In this document: positions 57,447 to 64,000 of the stretch, piece by piece
How positions within the stretch are numbered: the stretch's first letter is position 1
Layout: every line of letters begins with the position of its first letter
Origin: Bdellovibrionales bacterium RIFOXYD12_FULL_39_22
Lineage (GTDB): Bacteria > Bdellovibrionota > Bacteriovoracia > Bacteriovoracales > Bacteriovoracaceae
Assembly: GCA_001770205.1 (NCBI GenBank)
Contig: MEQL01000037.1
Coordinates: forward strand, 1 to 64,000
Length of the DNA stretch: 64,000 nt
Direction: 5' to 3'
Program-made: the position numbers and the translations under genes
The notes under the pieces: generated by a model
The model's input: only the letters and a program-made list of their open reading frames with translations
The model's database searches: none
Told to the model about the DNA's origin: nothing

Positions 57447-57941
57447 ATGATTTTAAAAAAAGTGCTATTCGTCTGCATGGGAAATATTTGTCGATCTCCC
57501 GCAGCAGAAGGGGTTATGCAGCATTTGCTAAAGGAGCACAAGCTAGATCAAAGCGTGAGGTGTGATTCTGCCGGAACAATAGGGTTTCATTCAGGCTGTC
57601 CGGCAGATGGCCGGATGCAGTCACATGCTAGACGACGAGGCATTGAATTACTAAGTCGTTCTCGGAAATTTGATGAGCAAAATGATTTTGATAAATTTGA
57701 TTATATTGTAGTAATGGATAAGCAAAATTGGCGAGATGTAAAAAAATTGGATCATGGTAATAAATATGCGGATAAAATTTTTATGATGACGGATTTTTGC
57801 CAGAAGAGATCTGAAAAGGAAGTGCCCGATCCATATTATGATGGTGGAGATGGATTTGAACTAGTACTAGACATCATCGAAGATGCGGCATCGGGCCTGC
57901 TTGCGAGAATAAAAGCGGATCTAGAAAGGCAGTCTACTTAG
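57447..57941 (+). CDS. Low-molecular-weight protein-tyrosine phosphatase
   Basis: FVCMGNICRSP P-loop, DSAGT, VPDPYY. Confidence 0.93.
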   Translation: MILKKVLFVCMGNICRSPAAEGVMQHLLKEHKLDQSVRCDSAGTIGFHSGCPADGRMQSHARRRGIELLSRSRKFDEQNDFDKFDYIVVMDKQNWRDVKKLDHGNKYADKIFMMTDFCQKRSEKEVPDPYYDGGDGFELVLDIIEDAASGLLARIKADLERQST

Positions 57942-57954
57942 GAGCGAGTGAGGC

Positions 57955-58335
57955 ATGAATATTTTATGTCAAATTTCATTGGGCGAGTTAGTTGATAAGA
58001 TATCTATTTTGCGCATAAAAAAGCGCAAAATAATAGAGCAAAGCAAGCTGGATTTTGTTATTCAGGAAGACAATGTTCTCACGGCCACTCTGGCAAAACT
58101 TAACATTACAGATATTCGTCACTACCTAGATGAGTTAATTGCGATTAATTCAGAATTATGGGAGATTGAAGATAAAATTCGTCTTAAAGAACGTGCGCAA
58201 AAGTTTGATGATGAGTTTATTTCTTTGGCGCGTAGTGTTTATATTATCAATGATCGACGATTTGTCGCAAAAAATAAAATCAATCGCGATTTTGGCTCCT
58301 CATTGCGAGAAGTAAAATCATATGAGGATTATTAG
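57955..58335 (+). CDS. Conserved helical protein (DUF6165-like)
   Basis: ISLGELVDKISILRIK..LWEIEDKIR..LARSVY..ND.R...K..IN....S.L.EVKSY (recalled family pattern). Confidence 0.75.
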   Translation: MNILCQISLGELVDKISILRIKKRKIIEQSKLDFVIQEDNVLTATLAKLNITDIRHYLDELIAINSELWEIEDKIRLKERAQKFDDEFISLARSVYIINDRRFVAKNKINRDFGSSLREVKSYEDY

Positions 58336-58348
58336 GTTCGGGCAAAAA

Positions 58349-59080
58349 CTAACGAGTAACAATATAGCGATAGTTTTCTAGATGCTCTAGAAATGTTTTT
58401 CGCAGCATTGGGCCGGCAATTACTCGTGCGACTGGAATCCGTAGAATGGTTCTCATTTTATGAGCAGAGTGAAATGTCACTAAAGTGTTTTCTGGCCCAA
58501 AAGATCTAAATTGAACGGAGCCAAGATCTGCGTCAGTCGATCCATTATCTGAATAATAAACGCGCCAACAAATTTCACTGAAGTTTGTTCCGTAGTTAAT
58601 GATCTCCGCTTTGGTCATATCTTGGTTAAAGGGAAGAACCATTCGTTCAATTTGTCTAATAGGTCGCCCCTCGCTATCTCGTTCAACCACTCTAACTTCT
58701 CCGCCGCGATACTCCGACAGTTGCATTCCCCAGCTCTCAGGAGGAAGCTTGCGGATGAATTTATTATAAGGAATGTTAATGAGCATTTGACTATACTCCA
58801 CCGTAACATCTTTTTCAGTTTGAATAGTATCAACCTCAATAGTAGAAAAATAATAAGTTGAACGGCCACGCTCTAAATCTTCATTTTTCCATGATTTAAT
58901 CAGATCCATTTTTTCTTCCGGAACTTTTGATTGAAATTTTTCCAGTAGATCTAAAAATTGCCAATCTTCTTCCTGCGGGGCCTGGGTTACAGGGAAATTT
59001 GGATTAATACTTGCCATAGTACTACTAGTAGTACACGAACAAAAAAGTGTGATAATAGCTATTAAACCTAATTGTTTCAC
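58349..59080 (-). CDS. Hypothetical lipoprotein, possibly START/SRPBCC-like fold
   Basis: GAGGTG RBS before GTG 59080 gives MKQLGLIAIITLFCSC lipobox. The fold guess is weak. Confidence 0.6.
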   Translation of the reverse strand: MKQLGLIAIITLFCSCTTSSTMASINPNFPVTQAPQEEDWQFLDLLEKFQSKVPEEKMDLIKSWKNEDLERGRSTYYFSTIEVDTIQTEKDVTVEYSQMLINIPYNKFIRKLPPESWGMQLSEYRGGEVRVVERDSEGRPIRQIERMVLPFNQDMTKAEIINYGTNFSEICWRVYYSDNGSTDADLGSVQFRSFGPENTLVTFHSAHKMRTILRIPVARVIAGPMLRKTFLEHLENYRYIVTR

Positions 59081-59263
59081 TTTCACCTCTTGTTGGTCTG
59101 ACATAATTTTTAATTCAGTATGATTGGCATTTGAAATTTTTACAAGAGTAAAATTTTTCATATAACCAAACAGCTTGGTTATATATTTTGCCAGCACTTG
59201 ACCCATGACAACATCCTAGTATACTTATCCAAATTTATCAAAGTATCTACATAGGACGTAATC

Positions 59264-60073
59264 ATGCAAGAAGAAATAGAATGTACACTCCCACCAGAAA
59301 TTAAATATCAGTTATACGAAACATCAGTACAGTGTCACTCGGCAGATATTCTGTTTATCAATAGAGAATTTAAACAGGCCTATGATAAAGCCCCCCTGTC
59401 TCTTAGAGAAGATTTTTGTGGAACAGCTATTATGGCATGTGATTGGGTTTGTCAAAGTCAAGAACATTTGGCCTTCGCAATTGATATTGATAAATGTCCG
59501 CTTGAATATGGCCTCTCCCATCATTACCCCAAGCTATCAAGTGCTCAGCAGTCACGCATGAACTATGTATTAGGTAACGTCTTGGACAATTATTCTTTTA
59601 AAACGGACGTAGTTGTTGCCTTTAATTTTTCTTATTTTGTGTTTAAAAAAAGAAAAGAACTATTGGATTATTTCAAAAAAGTGCGTAAATCACTAAATGA
59701 GCAAGGTGCCTTTTTTATAGATCTCTTTGGAGGAACTGAGGCATTCGCACCACTAGAAGAGGAAACAGAACATGATGGCCACTCTTATTATTGGGACTGT
59801 GAGGGATATAATCCTCTTACCGCAGAATGTCAGTACTATATTCATTTTAAGACTCATCATGATGGAATAAAACATAAAAACGCTTTTAGTTATTCCTGGA
59901 GAATGTGGACGGTAGCAGAGCTATGTGAAATTTTAGAGGATGCTGGATTCTCGAAAACTATTACCTTCTGGGAAGGAGAGGATGGAAAAGGCAGTGGTGA
60001 TGGCGTTTTTTATAACACCAAACAGGCCGAAAACTGCGAATCTTGGGTGACCTACATACTGGCCTTAAACTAA
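59264..60073 (+). CDS. Class I SAM-dependent methyltransferase-like protein
   Basis: LYETSVQ, LREDFCGT (variant motif I), AIDID, AFNFSY, DLFGG. Confidence 0.8.
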   Translation: MQEEIECTLPPEIKYQLYETSVQCHSADILFINREFKQAYDKAPLSLREDFCGTAIMACDWVCQSQEHLAFAIDIDKCPLEYGLSHHYPKLSSAQQSRMNYVLGNVLDNYSFKTDVVVAFNFSYFVFKKRKELLDYFKKVRKSLNEQGAFFIDLFGGTEAFAPLEEETEHDGHSYYWDCEGYNPLTAECQYYIHFKTHHDGIKHKNAFSYSWRMWTVAELCEILEDAGFSKTITFWEGEDGKGSGDGVFYNTKQAENCESWVTYILALN

Positions 60074-60406
60074 TTAAACCATTGGGGCGCGAACTGACAA
60101 CTCATCAAATAAATCCAACGATAACTCTCGCTGCATCTCAATAGCAAATCCCATATCATCTCTTGCCACATCTTGCGCCAGCCTAACAACGCGAGCATTA
60201 CCTGAAGATTTTGAGCGGCCATATTTGTCGGTAATTACATACGTAATAATCTCGCCCAACTTCGGTAGGTGCGTAGACTTGATAAATGCTCCTCTGCGGC
60301 TAATGTCTTTTAAACTAACGGTGTAAGAGCAGATAGAAACACTAGTGTACAGCTTCATAAAACCATTAGATGGCCTTCTTTCTTGTCTGTTTCGTTCTAA
60401 TCCCAT
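60074..60406 (-). CDS. PilZ-domain protein (c-di-GMP-binding motifs intact)
   Basis: RQERR (RxxxR) and DISRRG (DxSxxG); GGAGG RBS. Confidence 0.85.
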   Translation of the reverse strand: MGLERNRQERRPSNGFMKLYTSVSICSYTVSLKDISRRGAFIKSTHLPKLGEIITYVITDKYGRSKSSGNARVVRLAQDVARDDMGFAIEMQRELSLDLFDELSVRAPMV

Positions 60407-60436
60407 GTAAAAAACCTCCGATACTTTTCTGTTTGC

Positions 60437-60979
60437 TTATTTATTGGTGTTGCCTTTAAGCATTTTTAATTCATCAATACTTAAAACCTTACCAATATCC
60501 AAAAGTAAAACAAGATTTTGTTTTTCTTGCTTAGCAACTCCGGTAACGAATTTACTACTAACATTGCCTTGAATTTCTAAAGAACGCTCTATTTGATTTT
60601 GTTCGAGGCCAACAACTTCATCAACATCATCAACTACGGTCCCAATTTTTATCCCTTCAATTTCCACAATGATGATGGATGTCTTTTTTAAGGCAAGTTT
60701 GCTTGATGGCGCAATAGATAACTTGGTTCTTAGATCAATAACAGAAATAATGTCACCACGTAAGTTTATTAAACCCTTAAAAAAATTTGGCACTTGTGGT
60801 ATCGGAGTTATTTCTACGGAACCAATTATTTCTTTGACTGTGTGAAGTGGGATGCCAAATCGATCATCTCCCAAAGAGAAAATTAAAAATTTCTCTCGCT
60901 TTATTTCATTTTTTTGTCCTAGGCACTGACTTCCCATGAGTCTCTTTGCTTTTGCCTCGGTAGTACTATCTGTGTTCAT
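60437..60979 (-). CDS. cheW: Chemotaxis adaptor CheW
   Basis: FLIFSLG, VKEII, ITPIP, GLINLRGDIISVIDLR, VVDDVDEV. Confidence 0.93.
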   Translation of the reverse strand: MNTDSTTEAKAKRLMGSQCLGQKNEIKREKFLIFSLGDDRFGIPLHTVKEIIGSVEITPIPQVPNFFKGLINLRGDIISVIDLRTKLSIAPSSKLALKKTSIIIVEIEGIKIGTVVDDVDEVVGLEQNQIERSLEIQGNVSSKFVTGVAKQEKQNLVLLLDIGKVLSIDELKMLKGNTNK

Positions 60980-61148
60980 CTGATTAGTGCCTCAAATAAA
61001 ATAAGACAACCTAATTTTATGAGGTAATAATTGCTTTTGGAATAGTTATTTTTTGCCTATTTTTTTGGCACACAGGGCCATTTAAAATATCTTCAGATTA
61101 ACTAACTAGAATTGTTAAAAATTACGTCAAAAAGTTAATCTCTTTAAA

Positions 61149-62168
61149 CTATCTAATGGAGGAAGAAATTTTTTTCCAGACCGTTTCAACTTGAAGTTTT
61201 CGTAAGCAATCCATCGTTTCGCAATGAAATTTACCACAATAATGCGCATTCTCTGTTCGGCAGATAACATCTTCAATATAAAAATAGGGATGAGTACTAA
61301 CATCATAGGGATGCCACTCATTAGGTGGCTCTGGCCCAAAAAAGGTATAAGTTTTTAATCCTACAGCGATGGCCAAATGTTTAATACCGGTATCATTTCC
61401 AATGTACAAAAAACTTTCTGCGAAAAAATGGGGAAGTTCTGCGAGTGACAAATGTACAAAGATTATGCGTGAATCAATCTCGTGTTTGGAAAATTTTTCT
61501 TTTATTGCTAAATCGTCGGAGGATTTGGAAAGAGGAATTGCAATTTCAATATCAGGATGATGTTTGAAAATTATTTTACTCAGCAGAAGATAATTTTCTA
61601 TAGGCCACATCTTGGTTGCTCTGGTGGCAACAACACCAAAGATTATGCGGCGTTGTTTTTGGGCCTTTCTAGTAATCAATAATCTGGGTGGGTAATGCAG
61701 GTAATGGGGAGGGGAGGTATCATGATTATTTGTGCGTCCCAAAAAAGAGTATACACCATCAAGATCTCTTTGAATTAGTGGCCTGATCATTCCTTGGCCA
61801 ACAACAGAGGTTCCATCTTTGAGGTGATGATTATGGAAGAAATATGGGATGCGATGTATTAGTGAAAATAATGAGAAAAATTTTTTTGATCTACCGCTTT
61901 GATGCATTTCATACACAAGATCTATCTTTAGTTGCCGCATAAGGCGCCAGCATTTAATCCAATCATGCGGCCGCTTAAGGTCCATAGCAATAATTGCATC
62001 GGCCGAGATTTTAACGTTATCATAAAGTGGGACAATCCAACTGGGGACTGCATAGTATATTTTGCTCTGCGGATACAGCGATCTCAAGTAATCCACAGTG
62101 GATAGTCCCATTATTGAATCACCCAATGCGCGTAGCTTTACGATAAGAATGCTTTGTTTGTTTTGCAT
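61149..62168 (-). CDS. GT9 ADP-heptose:LPS heptosyltransferase
   Basis: LRALGD, KMWP, GNDTGIKHLAIA, FFGP...WHPY. Confidence 0.9.
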   Translation of the reverse strand: MQNKQSILIVKLRALGDSIMGLSTVDYLRSLYPQSKIYYAVPSWIVPLYDNVKISADAIIAMDLKRPHDWIKCWRLMRQLKIDLVYEMHQSGRSKKFFSLFSLIHRIPYFFHNHHLKDGTSVVGQGMIRPLIQRDLDGVYSFLGRTNNHDTSPPHYLHYPPRLLITRKAQKQRRIIFGVVATRATKMWPIENYLLLSKIIFKHHPDIEIAIPLSKSSDDLAIKEKFSKHEIDSRIIFVHLSLAELPHFFAESFLYIGNDTGIKHLAIAVGLKTYTFFGPEPPNEWHPYDVSTHPYFYIEDVICRTENAHYCGKFHCETMDCLRKLQVETVWKKISSSIR

Positions 62169-62267
62169 AAGATAAAAAAGATTCTAGCACTGTGCAAATA
62201 AAGGATCTAGTATTTCGCTCAATTTTTCCTATACAGAAAGCACTATTCAGCATTAAAATTTAGTTCT

Positions 62268-63521
62268 ATGTATAAAATTATTCTTTTCGCGATTTTGTTT
62301 TTTAATTTTTTTATGGCATCTGCCAAGGACTTTGTTGGAAAACTGTCTGCTAGCGCGGCCAGCAGTAAGCTTGCCACACTAGAGATAAACGCCAAAAGAG
62401 TTACCACTAGCTTTGGAGAATTTTTAGTCATTGAGGATACTGTTTTATCTGGCCTAATAAAAAACAAATTGAGTGATGACCTATTTGAATACATTGAACC
62501 AAATTACTCCTATCATGTTGATGTAAACGACACTCTGCCTGTTTTAGATCCAATGTTTTCTCGCCAGTGGGGCCTTCGAAATACCGGGAAAAATGTAGAA
62601 CAGTCACTTTTGCGTGGAAAGAAAGGAATGGATATAGATGCACTACGAGCTTGGACTATTACTACTGGGAAAAAAAGCGTAAAAATTGCCATTATCGATA
62701 CTGGTGTTGATTACACTCATCCTGATTTATTATCCAATATGTGGGTGAACGAGGAAGAAAAAAATGGATTAATGGGAGTTGATGACGACGAGAATGGTTA
62801 TATCGACGATATCCATGGATACAATTTTGTAAACAATAGTGGAGATCCTCAAGATGACTATGGCCACGGAACACATTGCGCAGGTGTGATTGGCGCATCA
62901 CATGATACGATTGGTATTTCTGGAGTAATGGCACAAGTTTCATTAGTAGCTATTAAATTTTTGAATCAAGAGGGAGTTGGTTCGCTGGAAAATGCACTTA
63001 AATCTATTCAATATGCTATCGATATTGGTGCAGATATCATGTCAAACTCGTGGGGAGGTTTTGATGAATCTGCAGCACTGGCAGAGGCAATTCGTGCCGC
63101 GGAAACGGCCGGGATTGTATTTGTGGTGGCGGCCGGAAATTCGATGAGCAACAATGACAAAAAACCTGTCTGGCCCTCCAATTATGCGATGAGCAACGTA
63201 ATTAGTGTTGGCGCTATGAATGGCCAGGGTGGGCGATCTTATTTTTCTAATTTTGGAGAAAAGAGTGTTCATATTTTCGCTCCAGGAAGTAATATTTTAT
63301 CAACCTATAAAACTGGTGGTTACTACCTATCTTCTGGTACGTCTATGGCCACTCCTTTTGTTGCTGGTATGGTGGGCCTGTTATTATCACATCAAGCGAA
63401 ACTAAATCCTCAAGAAGTGCGAGATAGACTTATTGATACTGCCGAAAAATCGTTTAAACTGGATAAGTCAGTGGCCGGTGGCCGGGCAAATGCATATAGA
63501 CTTTTGTCAGATACTAGGTAA
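62268..63521 (+). CDS. Secreted S8 subtilisin-like serine protease
   Basis: Signal peptide; IIDTG, HGTHCAG, AAGN, SGTSMATP catalytic motifs. Confidence 0.95.
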   Translation: MYKIILFAILFFNFFMASAKDFVGKLSASAASSKLATLEINAKRVTTSFGEFLVIEDTVLSGLIKNKLSDDLFEYIEPNYSYHVDVNDTLPVLDPMFSRQWGLRNTGKNVEQSLLRGKKGMDIDALRAWTITTGKKSVKIAIIDTGVDYTHPDLLSNMWVNEEEKNGLMGVDDDENGYIDDIHGYNFVNNSGDPQDDYGHGTHCAGVIGASHDTIGISGVMAQVSLVAIKFLNQEGVGSLENALKSIQYAIDIGADIMSNSWGGFDESAALAEAIRAAETAGIVFVVAAGNSMSNNDKKPVWPSNYAMSNVISVGAMNGQGGRSYFSNFGEKSVHIFAPGSNILSTYKTGGYYLSSGTSMATPFVAGMVGLLLSHQAKLNPQEVRDRLIDTAEKSFKLDKSVAGGRANAYRLLSDTR

Positions 63522-63533
63522 TATTTATATTCC

Positions 63534-64000
63534 ATGATCAAATTATCAGTTGCAATTATCACGTACAATGAAGAAAACAATATTGGCCGCTGCTTGCATT
63601 CAGTGCAAAATATTGCTGACGAAATAGTCGTCGTTGACTCTTTTTCCACTGATAAAACGGCCCAAATTTGCCAGAAAATGGGAGCAAAAGTTATTACCCA
63701 TACATTCGTTGGGCACATAGAGCAAAAAAATTATGCGTTAACACAAACAAACTATGACTACGTCTTGTCTTTAGATGGAGATGAAGAATTAGGCCCAGAG
63801 TTAATTGCAGAGATAAAAGAAATAAAACAAAATAGTGACATTGCCCATTTGGCCGATGGATATTTTTTCAATCGCCTGACAAACTATGCTGGCCACTGGG
63901 TGCGATATTGTGGTTGGTATCCAGATCGGAAATTGCGTCTATTTAATAAGCACAAAGGACAATGGAGTGGAGTTAATCCTCATGATATTATTCGTATGGA
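63534..64000 (+). CDS. GT2 glycosyltransferase (WaaE/KdtX-like), runs past the window end
   Basis: Hand translation: MIKLSVAIITYNEENNIGRCLHSV..DEIVVVDSFSTDKT..QKNYAL..YVLSLDGDE..GWYPDRKLRLF. Confidence 0.88.
   Translation, partial: MIKLSVAIITYNEENNIGRCLHSVQNIADEIVVVDSFSTDKTAQICQKMGAKVITHTFVGHIEQKNYALTQTNYDYVLSLDGDEELGPELIAEIKEIKQNSDIAHLADGYFFNRLTNYAGHWVRYCGWYPDRKLRLFNKHKGQWSGVNPHDIIRM

Noticed and set aside
673..63718. Numerous 60-200 aa ORFs nested in or antisense to longer genes (e.g. 1006-1605, 14938-15399, 24677-25126, 25943-26536)
   Set aside because: They overlap well-supported genes and have no family motifs; treated as shadow frames.
1..64000. CRISPR array, tRNA/rRNA, IS element, integrase, prophage or att repeats bounding the cluster
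   Set aside because: None seen by eye; short att-like repeats cannot be excluded without computation.

Overview
AT-rich, gene-dense bacterial chromosome segment. Gene content and protein style (flgE end, mreCD-mrdA-rodA, solitary TadG-like protein, many orphan secreted/lipoproteins with R-x-x-A-S motifs, class II nrdJ, CheW/PilZ) suggest a Bdellovibrionota (Bacteriovorax/Halobacteriovorax-like) organism; this is inference, as there is no rRNA in the window. The main result is a ~15.7 kb cluster (30506-46241) that looks like an acarbose-type C7N-aminocyclitol (pseudo-oligosaccharide) biosynthetic cluster. It has an EEVS-type sedoheptulose-7-P cyclase (AcbC-like), a ROK cyclitol kinase (AcbM/ValC-like), a maltokinase-like kinase (AcbU-like), a GlgC-like nucleotidyltransferase (AcbR/ValB-like), a class III aminotransferase (AcbV-like), an AcbS-like pseudo-glycosyltransferase, a second GT-B enzyme, an AcbK-like self-resistance kinase and a secreted amylase with two GH13 catalytic domains. 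It lacks recognisable AcbO/L/N/J, AcbA/B and ABC exporter genes. It carries a divergent GH4-fold enzyme and a cupin instead, pointing to a variant pathway and possibly a new product in an unexpected host. Other signals: a structured, terminator-capped intergenic region with a DnaA box (13904-14312), a histone-H1-like/acidic bipartite protein, NrdR boxes, sigma54 and sigma28 promoters, and strong GGCC over-representation. No tRNA, rRNA, CRISPR, integrase or transposase was seen. All homology calls come from motif recognition and recall, not from database searches.
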